64,000 bases of DNA, from the IMG/VR virus record IMGVR_UViG_3300029286_000013; one strand, given 5' to 3'. Positions 1-10,086 of the stretch are shown one piece after another; the stretch's first letter is position 1, and each line of letters opens with the position of its first letter. The position numbers and the translations under genes were made by a program. The DNA is from a virus. The notes under the pieces were generated by a model. That model searched no databases and was not told the DNA's origin. It saw only the letters and a list, made by a program, of their open reading frames with translations.

Positions 1-1251
1 TGCAAGTGTACCATTTAGATATGTAGCAATTGTTCCGCTATCTCCGGGGCCCACTGTAGAAATATTTGATGTTGTATAGCCACTTGCTCTTAGTACGCTT
101 GACACTGTAGTTCCACCGGCTACACCTTTATTCGCACCTGATGTATTATCAGTCTGTGTATAGTTAGCCATACGGAATGTTGACAAACCAGTAATACTTA
201 ATGTTTGTCCACCCGGGAAACTTGATGGAGAATTAGGAACTAGTTTGCCTAATACGTTATTCAATAATGCAATAGCATTTGATACCGATGAACTGTTTGT
301 TAGTGTTACTGCATTACTTACTAGATTACCTTGGGTTGGATCACCCAATTGTAAACCTGTACTACCACCTACTGTATTTGCAATAACTACTAATCCAGTA
401 CCATTTGGAGCCAAGTTTAAGTTAGCATTACTTGCTGTTGCAATGACACCGTCTTCAATTGTAACGTTACCTGTAGTAGTAAGATTTCCATCAACTGTTG
501 CCCTATTGTTAGAAACAACGAATACGTTTGCTTGACCACCAACACCAAATAGAATATTACCATCTATGACAGGGATACTGATATTTGAAGTACCATTACT
601 TAAACCTGATGTGTTTAATCCTGTTAATTGACTACCGTTACCAATAAAGAAGTTACCAGTAACATTACCAGTTGCACTAACTTGGCCGGCTGTTGTAATA
701 TTTCCACCAGAAACATTGCTTGTAGCAGATACAATACCACCTGTGAATAAGTTAGCACCAGTTATATTTCCGGATGCAGTAATTAACGTTGTACCAATAT
801 TTCCAATATTTGCATTACTTGATATATTTGCAAAGTTAACTATTAGTAAGTTACCAGCATCAACATTACCTGCAACTAAGTTACCAGTTAAGTTACCAGT
901 AGTACCGTAAAAACCAGTAGCACCAATATTGCCAACGTTGGCATTACCTGATACACTTAAATTTCCTGTGACATTTGCACCTGTACCACTTACAACCAAT
1001 ACGTTTGCGTTACCGGTTGACGATATTTCTATGGCACCGTTCGCTACAATAATTATATTAGAGTTACCGTTTATAAAGTTACCGGTAAAGTTATTTGATG
1101 TAGTGAGATTTCCTAAATTAGCATTTAGGGCAGTAAGATTACCGGCAAAATTACCAAAATTACCTGTAACGTTGCCTGTATTACTGATGACGACATTCGG
1201 CGATTCCCCGATAGAGAAACCGCTTACCGAATTAAATGGTTGTAGTGCCAT
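1..1251 (-). CDS. Tail fibre / virion structural protein, Asn-Gly-Thr rich (runs off left edge)
   Basis: Not in the ORF track. ATG at 1251 (MALQPFNSVSGFSIGESP...), open to base 1. Upstream AAGGA and GATAAATA. N-terminus and GNITA/FIGNGSQLTG motifs resemble the neighbouring 687-aa protein. Confidence 0.8.
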   Translation of the reverse strand, partial: MALQPFNSVSGFSIGESPNVVISNTGNVTGNFGNFAGNLTALNANLGNLTTSNNFTGNFINGNSNIIIVANGAIEISSTGNANVLVVSGTGANVTGNLSVSGNANVGNIGATGFYGTTGNLTGNLVAGNVDAGNLLIVNFANISSNANIGNIGTTLITASGNITGANLFTGGIVSATSNVSGGNITTAGQVSATGNVTGNFFIGNGSQLTGLNTSGLSNGTSNISIPVIDGNILFGVGGQANVFVVSNNRATVDGNLTTTGNVTIEDGVIATASNANLNLAPNGTGLVVIANTVGGSTGLQLGDPTQGNLVSNAVTLTNSSSVSNAIALLNNVLGKLVPNSPSSFPGGQTLSITGLSTFRMANYTQTDNTSGANKGVAGGTTVSSVLRASGYTTSNISTVGPGDSGTIATYLNGTLA

Positions 1252-1287
1252 GTTATTATCCTTGTTATATTATATTTATCATTAGGG

Positions 1288-3351
1288 TCAAATATCATAC
1301 GATTGAATTGATATTTTGTGTACTATATTATTGTTCGTTGTCGGTGTGACATACAGAACAAATTGTGGTGTAACAGAAATATTACCCGGCAAATAAGCCA
1401 TTGAATAGTACCCTGTAGCACCGTTAACAGCTAATGTGCTGTATTCATTGTATTGGTAAGCCTCTCCTAAAAAGATTGAAGATATTTTACTTACCTGTCG
1501 TGTGTTTGCAGTTGTGTCAGTTGCGATGATTGTAAAATCTGCACCTGATATTGTATCCGCTTCAATAGAATACAACTCTTGTGTTGCGTTGCTACTTGTT
1601 ATCGCAAAGAATACATTAGACCGAGAAAAAGCGTAAACACCTGATCCCAACGTTAATGCATTCGCAATTAAATTACCAGCGACCTGAACATTGTTGGTGT
1701 TTTCATTAAATGTAAAGAAAGAACTACCATTAAACACGCCCTGGTCATTGTATTGTACTTGTGTATTAGAACCACCAGGTGTTCCATTTCCACCGCCACC
1801 TCCACCTGCTGTCCAACTTAAATTACCTGCACCATCAGTTGCTAATACATAACCATTTGTTCCACCCTGAATATGTAAATTAGATACTGAACCTAAATTT
1901 ATATTTGGAGACATTGTTGCATTAATATTACTTGATGCTGTTAGTACTCCAGTGATATTAGTTGTGTATAAATTTGCAGTAGTGTTGACTGTTAATACGT
2001 TTGAAATAGAAACAGTGGTTGTGTTAATAGTAGGTACCGCTAATACATAACTGAATGGATTAAACGTGAGGTTTGCGCTTGCGCCAAATACACCATTATC
2101 ATTAAATTGAATCTCAGTTGTATTACCACCTGGTGTACCATTCCCGCCACCTCCACCTGCACTCCAACTTAAATTTCCTGCACCGTCCGTGCGTAAGAAA
2201 TATCCGGCAACACCGCCACTGATATGTAAATTAGCTACAGTACCTAATGTAACATTTGGTGCAGCCGTAAAGTTTACGTTACCAAGAGAAGTAATAGTAC
2301 CTGTATTAGTTACAGTAACTATACCTGATAAATTAGTAGACCCTGTTATATTAGCATTTAGTGCATTGAAGAATTGATTTGCAGTAACATTAGCACCAAT
2401 AATATTGGCTGTTGCTGTAACATTACCCGAAGTATCTACGTTAAGTAGTGTACCAACACTTGTAATATTTGGTTGACTGCTTACAGTTACATTACCGGCA
2501 TAGTTTGCAAAGTTTGCTAATGGACTGTAATTTGCATTACCTACACCAGTTAAGAATGCACCATTACCAAAATAGAAATTAGCTGTTGCACTGTTTCCTA
2601 AATTAGTATTACCTGCTGTTATATTTCCAGTAACACTTAAATTGGCTAATGTACCAACTGATGTAATGTTTGGTTGAGCATTTGTTGTAACTGTCCCTGC
2701 TGTATTTGCATTTCCGTAAAATCTACCTGTAAAGAAGTTTGCAACAGCACTGTTTCCTAAATTAGCATTACCTGCTGTAACATTTCCTGCAACACTTAAA
2801 CTAGTTAATGTACCAACACTGGTAATATTTGGTTGACTACTTACAGTTACATTACCGGCATAGTTGGCAAAATTAGCAGTTGTAGCTGAGATACCAGTTA
2901 ACTGACTACCGTTACCTATTAAATAATTTGCTGTAATATTACCGGATGCGGTAATTCTAGCAATAGTTATGTTACCGGTGCCAATGAAATTATTAGATAC
3001 AATGTTACCTGATACAGATAAAATATTGTTTATACTGTCATAGGTAAATCCAGCATCACCGCCAAAGTTGCCAGCGTTGTTATATTGAACCTGTGTATTA
3101 GAGCCACCTGGACTACCGTTACCACCACCGCCATTGCCACCGGGTGCCCAAGTTAATCTGCCTTCACCATCTGTTTGTAAGAAGTATCCGTTCTCGCCAC
3201 CGGTAATAATAATATTACCAGTTGGGCCTAAATTTGTTATACCGGTGACTGTTAAACCGTTTAGGGTGGCTATGCCGTTATCATCTATAACTACTATTGG
3301 TGGTATGCCTACTGATAATCCACCAACTAAACCAAAAGGTTCAAATGCCAT
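1288..3351 (-). CDS. Tail fibre-like protein with internal repeats
   Basis: Three GYxLxTDGxGxLxW-polyG-PGGxNTxxQ(Y/F)N units and three QPNITSVGTL units. Upstream AGGA and late promoter. Confidence 0.75.
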   Translation of the reverse strand: MAFEPFGLVGGLSVGIPPIVVIDDNGIATLNGLTVTGITNLGPTGNIIITGGENGYFLQTDGEGRLTWAPGGNGGGGNGSPGGSNTQVQYNNAGNFGGDAGFTYDSINNILSVSGNIVSNNFIGTGNITIARITASGNITANYLIGNGSQLTGISATTANFANYAGNVTVSSQPNITSVGTLTSLSVAGNVTAGNANLGNSAVANFFTGRFYGNANTAGTVTTNAQPNITSVGTLANLSVTGNITAGNTNLGNSATANFYFGNGAFLTGVGNANYSPLANFANYAGNVTVSSQPNITSVGTLLNVDTSGNVTATANIIGANVTANQFFNALNANITGSTNLSGIVTVTNTGTITSLGNVNFTAAPNVTLGTVANLHISGGVAGYFLRTDGAGNLSWSAGGGGGNGTPGGNTTEIQFNDNGVFGASANLTFNPFSYVLAVPTINTTTVSISNVLTVNTTANLYTTNITGVLTASSNINATMSPNINLGSVSNLHIQGGTNGYVLATDGAGNLSWTAGGGGGGNGTPGGSNTQVQYNDQGVFNGSSFFTFNENTNNVQVAGNLIANALTLGSGVYAFSRSNVFFAITSSNATQELYSIEADTISGADFTIIATDTTANTRQVSKISSIFLGEAYQYNEYSTLAVNGATGYYSMAYLPGNISVTPQFVLYVTPTTNNNIVHKISIQSYDI
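2455..2880. repeat. Near-identical ~65 bp in-frame repeats 360 bp apart (ANFANYAGNVTVSSQPNITSVGTL)
   Basis: ~2455-2520 and ~2815-2880 differ at only a few positions. Confidence 0.85.
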
Positions 3352-3447
3352 TGTTCATCCTAAATTTATGTGATATATTATTTATCAATAAATCTGAATG
3401 AATACCATAGAAAAAAACACCCAGGTGTGCTTTTTATTAAATAGTTG

Positions 3448-3813
3448 ATGCTTATAAGACAGCCAAACAGACCCCTATGTATAAATTGCAATGTATCATT
3501 GGCAAAACCCAATGGTGTGAGTAAACACGGCTTTACCAAGTGGCACAAGTACTGTGTTGATTGTGCTAAGGGTGCATATAACAGTAAGTTTGGTTACTTA
3601 CTACACAAGAAAGATAAGTGTGAGAAGTGTGGCTTTGTACCAGAAGACAAATGCCAACTTGATGTTATCTATAAAGATGATAACAAGAAGAATAAAGATA
3701 AACGCAATCTAAAAACATTGTGTGCCAACTGTAATAGATTACATCAGAAAAAACTAAAAGAAAAACGTAAAAGTATTTTGGATATTACAAGCGACACTGA
3801 TTATACTATTTAA
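3448..3813 (+). CDS. Zinc-finger protein with degenerate HNH domain
   Basis: Four CxxC pairs. CEKCGF..QLDVIYKDDN..NLKTLCANCNR follows the HNH layout. ATG at 3448 preferred over TTG at 3445. Confidence 0.65.
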   Translation: MLIRQPNRPLCINCNVSLAKPNGVSKHGFTKWHKYCVDCAKGAYNSKFGYLLHKKDKCEKCGFVPEDKCQLDVIYKDDNKKNKDKRNLKTLCANCNRLHQKKLKEKRKSILDITSDTDYTI

Positions 3814-4187
3814 TAGCTTTTTTCCTCAACAATCGTGCTACCTACAAGTTTGTTGATTTGTTTTTTAAGACTGGAACGCAAATCGTTTTTAAGATAGACT
3901 TGTCTTGCGGCATTAATAAACGCATCATCAAATAATTGTTCTTTTTCAGATTGGCGTTTGTAGTTTTCAATATGCCAAAGCTCTACATTGACTTTGTATA
4001 GTTGTTGTTGCAGTGGATCTACATTATTCAAATCTAAGTTTAACTCATCTTTAAGTTCTTCTAATGATTGAAGTTCTTTTTCAATGTTAACCAACTTATC
4101 TTTATCTTTGATAAGCTTTGATTTAATTTTTAGTATGGTAATTTTGTCAATCAGTTCACCTACTGATATTGGAGCAAGTACAATCAT
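3810..4187 (-). CDS. DUF6165-like protein
   Basis: PISVGELIDKITILKIK, LWHIE, ARQVYLKNDLR, EEKSY motifs. Confidence 0.75.
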   Translation of the reverse strand: MIVLAPISVGELIDKITILKIKSKLIKDKDKLVNIEKELQSLEELKDELNLDLNNVDPLQQQLYKVNVELWHIENYKRQSEKEQLFDDAFINAARQVYLKNDLRSSLKKQINKLVGSTIVEEKSY

Positions 4188-4191
4188 ACGT

Positions 4192-4899
4192 TTATATAGT
4201 ACGTATTTTAGCTAGCCTAAAAAATTTAAAGATTGATAACCACATATAACCCATATCAAACTCAAACCATTTTCTACTTAGCTTAGGATTTGCTGGTTCT
4301 AAATGATGATTGTTATGTAGTTCTTCTCCACCTATTATTATTCCCCAAGGACTGATATTACGACTATGGTCTTTAGTCTCTCCATTACGATACCCTATCC
4401 AATGTCCTATGCCATTGATTACGCCGGCTGCCCAGAATGGAATCCATATCATTTGTATAGCCCAAATTAGTATTCCCCACCATGAAAAACAAAGTAAATT
4501 TACAAGCAATAACAAAACAATTCCTAAACGACTATGCTTACTGTATACATTTTGTTCCACCCAATCATCAGGTGTTCCTACACCATATGAATTTACCATT
4601 GTTTTATCTTTACTAGCAGTATGGTATAACAATGCTCCTTTGAACAATACATTGTATATTCCAAAAACGTGAGGTGTATGTGGATCTCCCTCAACATCAC
4701 TATATCTATGATGTTTGCGATGTATTGCTACCCATTGTTTAGTAACCATACCGGTTGTCAACCACAACCAGAATCGCATAAAGTGACTGAGTATAGGATT
4801 AAATTGTATTGCTTTATGTGCTTGACCTCTATGTAAGAATAGAGTAACACATACTATAGTGATGTGTGTAACTATTAAGGTATATAATAATTCGTTCAT
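4192..4899 (-). CDS. desA: Membrane fatty-acid (delta-9-type) desaturase, auxiliary metabolic gene
   Basis: Three His boxes (HRGQAH, HRKHH, HNNHH), hydrophobic segments, GEELHNNHH and WFEFD motifs. Confidence 0.9.
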   Translation of the reverse strand: MNELLYTLIVTHITIVCVTLFLHRGQAHKAIQFNPILSHFMRFWLWLTTGMVTKQWVAIHRKHHRYSDVEGDPHTPHVFGIYNVLFKGALLYHTASKDKTMVNSYGVGTPDDWVEQNVYSKHSRLGIVLLLLVNLLCFSWWGILIWAIQMIWIPFWAAGVINGIGHWIGYRNGETKDHSRNISPWGIIIGGEELHNNHHLEPANPKLSRKWFEFDMGYMWLSIFKFFRLAKIRTI

Positions 4900-4917
4900 T
4901 AGATATTTATCACCAAC

Positions 4918-4941
4918 AAAAAAGCACCCCGAAGAGTGCTT
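4918..4941 (-). terminator. Intrinsic terminator with UUCG loop
   Basis: Minus strand AAGCACTC-TTCG-GGGTGCTT then T-run, downstream of the HNH gene. Confidence 0.8.
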
Positions 4942-4975
4942 GATTGTAACTTCCCATCCCGTTGAGATATTGTAT

Positions 4976-5737
4976 TTATGCTATCTTACGCTTTTTGCCA
5001 CCAAGTTGCCAACCATCATCTAAGTAACTGTGTAGTGTGTCTTTCTTTACTTTCTTCTCGGTATTGTCTTTGTTGATACTTATGTTGCCTAATACTGCGT
5101 TGGCTACATTAGCTCCGTGTGTTTTAACTTTTGCTACACCTTTTTGTTTTACTGACCGTTTAATCTTTTCTTCTTCACTCATAGGACCTTTAGGTTTTCC
5201 CGTTGAAGCTAAACTTTGTTTTTGTCTAGTTTCTTCACTATGTGTATAACCTGCTCTACTTTCTTTCCATTTTGTAATTGTTTCTTCTGACTTAGGTGCT
5301 CTTTGTAATGCGGCATTTCTTAGATTTTCTCTATGTTCATCTGTTATCTCTACTCCACCTTTATTCCAAGGAACAAGGTTCTTAGACTTCATTAGTTTAG
5401 AATGATACTCCGCGTGTTCTATTCTATATTTTTCATAAACTCTTGCAGTAAAAATAGTTTGATATCTTTCTTGGTGTTCATTTTCTGCCCTCATCCCCAT
5501 TAGAGCATACACCATCTTATGATAGTATTCACCCTCAGTCATTTTTACTAATAGCCAATGACAAAGAAAATGTTCTCTACAAGACAAATATACTAGATTA
5601 CTTTTATCATTACTTCCTCCTAATGATTGAGGAATAATATGATGCCGTTCTCTACCTCGGGCTTTTTTCCAGCCTCGTTGAACTGCTTTCTCAATAGTTG
5701 AGAAGTATACTTTGGAATAGAATTTATTTGTGAACAT
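4976..5737 (-). mobile_element. Free-standing HNH homing endonuclease with NUMOD3-like repeats
   Basis: ERHHIIPQSLGGSNDKSNLVYLSCREHFLCHWLL; PWNKG and HSEETRQK repeats. Start moved to 5737 because a late promoter lies at 5743-5749. Confidence 0.85.
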
Positions 5738-5780
5738 AATAGTATTTATGCCAATACTTGACATTCCACTATTATATCAT

Positions 5781-5806
5781 AAAAAAGAGTGCCGAAGCAC
5801 TCTTTT
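5781..5806 (-). terminator. Intrinsic terminator after major capsid gene
   Basis: Minus strand AAAAGAGTGC-TTCG-GCACTCTTTTTT. Confidence 0.9.
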
Positions 5807-5847
5807 GATTGGTGATTGTCCCTAAAGACAATCGGATGTACCCAATT

Positions 5848-7044
5848 TCACTGAAAAGTAAGATTTTGTACTGCTATTTCCCCAACGTAATCAGCCGCAT
5901 TACCGAAAGATGATGCAGTGTTAGTTAATTCGATATAACCATAACGTGTCATAAATGATACGACTGGTTCGAATGTTGATGGATCTAGAACAACACCACT
6001 GCTCATCAATGGAATGTATGGGCAATAGAATGCTGCCGCGTCAGTTTCGCTTGAACCTTTATAGCCAACTAATACTGGTGTAGTATCAGGAGCATAAGAG
6101 TCAACGAACACACGCATAGCGCCGTTCAATGTACCAACGAACTTAGTGTTAGTTGGAGCTTCGAAAGTACCTTCTGTTGTACGAGCAAACGCTGAAGTAG
6201 TTGCAGATTGCAATACTGTCAATGCGGCGCTAGAAACAACAGCCCAGTTACCTGCGCCACGACGTGTACGTTGGGCAATCAAGTTAGCAACACGGTTGAT
6301 AAGAACAGCTAAGGCAGCGTGTTCGTCACCAACGTAAGTAGCTGTACCTGATACAGTAGCTTGGTTGTATGTATACTCTGTAGATGCTAATGTACGCAAT
6401 GACAATAGAATCTCTTGGTCAATCTCAGCAGTAATCTCTTGTGCAAGAGCTGCCATGATTTCTGCTTCTACGTCAATACCATGTTGAGACTGTGCATCTT
6501 GTGCTGCCTCAAATGTCCAACGTGCTTGCAACTTACGTGACTTAGCTTCAACGGCTTGACGCAAGATTTGAACAGAAATCTGACGACCTCCGTTACCTTC
6601 AAGAGCCGCAGTGTTGTTACCTGTGTAACCTGTTGCAGTTGCATCATTAGATGGCTGACGTGAATATGCTTGAGCAATAGTGAATGGGCTCAATGCTTCT
6701 TGACCAGCAGTAACGCTAGTCTGAGCGGCAGAGTTGTCCACTAAGTTTTGTGCATAACGTACACGTAGTGTATGGATCTGACCTACTGGGCCAGTCATTG
6801 GCTGAACGCCAACCAACTCGTTAGCAATAACAGTTGGCATAACACGACGGATAACTGGAAGAATCACACGGTTTAATGTAGCGATGTTACCAGCAGTAGT
6901 TGTTCCTGCTGAAGATTCAGCAAGTAGTTGTTTCTTAGTATTTTCTAAGATAACACCCATAGTTGAGCGGCGAGTGCCCTTTAAGCCTTCTAACAGAGCT
7001 TCCTTGGTCTCGTCCCAACGGCTTTCTAATAGAACTTTTGACAT
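5848..7044 (-). CDS. gp23: Major capsid protein, T4 gp23-like
   Basis: IRRVMPTVIANELVGVQPMTGP, AKSRKLQARWTFEAAQD, FYCPYIPL, FMTRYG. AGGAG ribosome-binding site. Confidence 0.97.
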   Translation of the reverse strand: MSKVLLESRWDETKEALLEGLKGTRRSTMGVILENTKKQLLAESSAGTTTAGNIATLNRVILPVIRRVMPTVIANELVGVQPMTGPVGQIHTLRVRYAQNLVDNSAAQTSVTAGQEALSPFTIAQAYSRQPSNDATATGYTGNNTAALEGNGGRQISVQILRQAVEAKSRKLQARWTFEAAQDAQSQHGIDVEAEIMAALAQEITAEIDQEILLSLRTLASTEYTYNQATVSGTATYVGDEHAALAVLINRVANLIAQRTRRGAGNWAVVSSAALTVLQSATTSAFARTTEGTFEAPTNTKFVGTLNGAMRVFVDSYAPDTTPVLVGYKGSSETDAAAFYCPYIPLMSSGVVLDPSTFEPVVSFMTRYGYIELTNTASSFGNAADYVGEIAVQNLTFQ

Positions 7045-7074
7045 TTATATTTCTCCTAATCTATGTCTTTTTAA

Positions 7075-8178
7075 TTAAAGCCCTGCCAGACGCTTGATAT
7101 CTATAACGTTATCACGTTGTTCCATATCAACTTCTTGTTTGGCAGCTTTATCCCCTGTAACTTCACTAATCATCTTTGACTCAGTTAAGCTAGACTTTAC
7201 AGCCTTCTTAGTAGAGCCAGTGTTTAGTACGGCTGGTAGATACTTATCGAAAGTAGCTTGCAGTTTACCTGTTTGCACACTTTCTAGTAAGTCCTGCATT
7301 ACTGTTGCTTTTTCCTCATTTAGAGTAGAAAGTAACTCAGTCATAGTTTTCTCACGAATATTAGACTCTTTAATAATACGAACTTCACGTTCTTTTGATT
7401 CAACTAACTTTTTAGTGTTGTTGATTTGTGTAATAGATTCAGCTAGTTGACGTTCTTTATCTTCTAGTTTTTGCATTAGTTTTCTTGTCTCAGCTTTATC
7501 ATTTAAATGAGTAACTGAAAATTCACCTGCAAAGCTTTCAAAAATTCTGCGACCAAAGTTATTTTCTTTAGCAACTTTAATATCTTCTTTCAACTGGCTT
7601 AATTCACCCTTTAACTGTCCTGCTACAGCGATAGACAATTTCTTAGCAGATTCAGCAACAAAACGTGCTTTCAATGCTTCTAATTGTTTACGACCTTCAG
7701 CAACTAACTTAACCTTAGCTTCAACAACTGCCTGTTTATCTTGAGCGAACTCTTTGATTTCACGGGCTAGTGCGTGAACAATAAATTGTTCTAGCTTCTG
7801 TTGACTTTCTTTAGCGATCATACGGTCTGAACGTAGTTCACGGATTTCTTCGGCTAGTTTAGTAACCATAAAATCATTGAATTTTGTAGCAGATTCACGT
7901 AGTTTCATTTGTGCTTTCACACGGTCTTCGTTCATTGCTTGCTTCTCAGAGTGAAATTCTTCAATTTCTTCTGATAGGCTTTCTGTAACCATCTTGTCAA
8001 GGGCTTCTACCATTACGCTTCTGTCATGTTCATAACGTTGTGCGAATTCTTCGTGTAATTCTGCACGGACTTGCTGGCGGGCTTCATTCAATTTAGATTC
8101 CCAGGCTTCATTTAACTGTTGCCCAATATCTTCATTGATTAGTCCACTGTCAAGTAATGGCTTGATAGCATCAAACAT
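7075..8178 (-). CDS. gp22: Prohead scaffolding protein, gp22-like
   Basis: Glu/Lys-rich coiled coil, GRRIFESF motif, position between protease and capsid genes. Confidence 0.85.
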   Translation of the reverse strand: MFDAIKPLLDSGLINEDIGQQLNEAWESKLNEARQQVRAELHEEFAQRYEHDRSVMVEALDKMVTESLSEEIEEFHSEKQAMNEDRVKAQMKLRESATKFNDFMVTKLAEEIRELRSDRMIAKESQQKLEQFIVHALAREIKEFAQDKQAVVEAKVKLVAEGRKQLEALKARFVAESAKKLSIAVAGQLKGELSQLKEDIKVAKENNFGRRIFESFAGEFSVTHLNDKAETRKLMQKLEDKERQLAESITQINNTKKLVESKEREVRIIKESNIREKTMTELLSTLNEEKATVMQDLLESVQTGKLQATFDKYLPAVLNTGSTKKAVKSSLTESKMISEVTGDKAAKQEVDMEQRDNVIDIKRLAGL

Positions 8179-8180
8179 GC

Positions 8181-8822
8181 TTATTCCCCTTTGTTAATTT
8201 TGAGATCCTTGATAAGGCGCATTACTTCCTCTTTCAAGTACTTCTCTACTTTCTTGTCGCCTCTTGCGTCCTTTGCAATATCCAACAATTTATGACCATG
8301 ACGCATATTCATCATACCTTCATAGATTGCTTTAGGATACGCATTTGGTGCGCTAGGTTGTGCAACAATATCCACGGTGACTATTTCAAAGTCACTTACT
8401 TTGCCGTTCATGTCGTCAACGTTTCCGCTTCCACGACTTGATACGCCGAGTTTCACACCACTCTCCAACATAGTTTTAACTAATTCACCCATTGGAGTTG
8501 GTAAAATCTTTAATTTGCCGAAGCCATTAGCTCCGTCCATCCACATAGATGTAATCATATGTGATACACGGTCTAAGTTAATCTTTAAATCGTCTGGGTG
8601 ATCTACTTCACCTAATACTGAGTAGCCACTTGTAATTTGTTCGTTAAGAGTACCGACGGCAGTTTCAATTTCAGATACGGGGTAAACACGCTCATTAGCG
8701 TTCTTTACCCCACCCTGAATGAAGATTCCCTTCATATAAAGGTTCTTCTTGTCGCCTTCACTGACAGACTCAACCACCATACCTGCGCGGTCAAATGTCA
8801 AGTGCTCTTTAAGATAAGCCAT
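8181..8822 (-). CDS. gp21: Prohead protease, gp21-like
   Basis: GIFIQ..KNANERVYP, GEVDHP, GVSSRGSG, VDIVAQPSAPNA. Confidence 0.95.
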   Translation of the reverse strand: MAYLKEHLTFDRAGMVVESVSEGDKKNLYMKGIFIQGGVKNANERVYPVSEIETAVGTLNEQITSGYSVLGEVDHPDDLKINLDRVSHMITSMWMDGANGFGKLKILPTPMGELVKTMLESGVKLGVSSRGSGNVDDMNGKVSDFEIVTVDIVAQPSAPNAYPKAIYEGMMNMRHGHKLLDIAKDARGDKKVEKYLKEEVMRLIKDLKINKGE

Positions 8823-8837
8823 TTTCTCTCAGATTCC

Positions 8838-9656
8838 TTAAATGCGTCTTTTAGTAGTAGTTCTACGTGACTCTGCTACTGGACTACGAACTTTACCTGC
8901 TTCGTCTTTAGTGACTGGCTTAGGTGCGGCTGTTAAGTCTGCATTGTTTTGTGCTGGTGCATTTTTCCACTTGTTAGCATCTTTTACAGATGATTCACCT
9001 TTAGTGTATGCATTACTAGGGCCTTTTGGTCCTGTTGGAACTGATTCACTAGAACCACTGAACTTAACTGGTCTAGAATCCATTCCAGCTTGACCGCTGT
9101 TAGCGTCTACTGTGCTCTTATTTTGAACACCATTGTCACCGTGAGTAACAGAAACTTTCTTCAATGTGATAGCTTCCATCATTGCATCTTCTTCATCATC
9201 GGCTGCACCAAAGTCAGCGTCAGCATCAGACATATCATCTTCAGCGTCAGCCATGTCATCGTCAGCTTCAACTTCATCGTCATCACCAGCCATGATATCT
9301 TCAAATTCAGCCATTAATTGGTCTAATTTATCTTCTAGGTCAACAACACGGTCTTCTAAATCTTCTTCACCATCCATATCATCTTCACCGGCTTCAATGT
9401 CGATTACTTCATCTTCATCAGAATCAAACTCTAAGTCGTCATCTTCACCTTCAGCCATACCTTGTTCTTCAACATCGATCTCGTCAAGTAGATCACCTAC
9501 TTGACCGCCCATGCCTTCACCCATTTCATCATCCATCATTCCCTCATAGATTTCGCGGCTTTTCTCAACTACGATATCGTGAAATAATGCACGTGCTTGT
9601 TCTTCATTCTCATTGATAATTAAATCAATAAGTTGTTCAAATTTTTTATTGTCCAT
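8838..9656 (-). CDS. Highly acidic putative prohead core / internal head protein
   Basis: Asp/Glu-rich. Lies between portal and protease, where T4 has genes 67 and 68. Confidence 0.6.
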   Translation of the reverse strand: MDNKKFEQLIDLIINENEEQARALFHDIVVEKSREIYEGMMDDEMGEGMGGQVGDLLDEIDVEEQGMAEGEDDDLEFDSDEDEVIDIEAGEDDMDGEEDLEDRVVDLEDKLDQLMAEFEDIMAGDDDEVEADDDMADAEDDMSDADADFGAADDEEDAMMEAITLKKVSVTHGDNGVQNKSTVDANSGQAGMDSRPVKFSGSSESVPTGPKGPSNAYTKGESSVKDANKWKNAPAQNNADLTAAPKPVTKDEAGKVRSPVAESRRTTTKRRI

Positions 9657-9706
9657 TGTTTGTCTCCTGAATGTAAATGGCTTTGTAGAGTTATTTAGTG
9701 GGTATC

Positions 9707-9738
9707 AAAAAAAATAGCACAATAAGTGCTATTTTTTT
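9707..9738. terminator. Bidirectional intrinsic terminator
   Basis: A-run, TAGCAC-AATAA-GTGCTA, T-run. Confidence 0.75.
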
Positions 9739-9760
9739 ACGTTTTTGTTTAAACTACTCG

Positions 9761-9985
9761 TTAAACTGTTGGTGCACCTTCTGCTTTGGGTGCATATTGT
9801 TGATGTATCTTTTTAAGATAATTGACTTTTTCATAATTACGTACATCATTCATCTTACGTAATTTGCGAATCTGTTTTAATGTTAACTTTGTTTTACGGC
9901 TTTCTCTCCACTTTGGTTGACTGTTATCAGCACTTACGTCTTGATAACCTGCTGTAGCTGGATCGAACATTTCAAACAGTTTCAT
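9761..9985 (-). CDS. Small basic head-module protein
   Basis: 74 aa, AGGA site and late promoter upstream, KTKLTLKQIRKLRK. Confidence 0.7.
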   Translation of the reverse strand: MKLFEMFDPATAGYQDVSADNSQPKWRESRKTKLTLKQIRKLRKMNDVRNYEKVNYLKKIHQQYAPKAEGAPTV

Positions 9986-10030
9986 TTGGTATTTCCTATA
10001 ATGTATTTATCACCGAAATGAATAAATAAA

Positions 10031-10080
10031 AGTGTAGTTCGCGGCTGGCAGGCCCAACTACTCTAATGCTTAAAAGAGCA
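10031..10080 (+). promoter_or_regulatory. Structured 5' leader of homing endonuclease gene
   Basis: GTAGTT(10034-39)/AACTAC(10056-61) stem with inner GGC/GCC, then TGCTT-AAAA-GAGCA hairpin over the ribosome-binding region. Confidence 0.55.
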
Positions 10081-10086
10081 ATCAGT

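Noticed and set aside
2455-2880. Diversity-generating retroelement template/variable repeat pair
   Set aside because: Both copies are internal and in frame, differences look synonymous, and no reverse transcriptase is in the window.
5758-5780. Plus-strand sigma70 promoter TTGACA...TATCAT
   Set aside because: Spacer is only 11 nt and no plus-strand gene follows.
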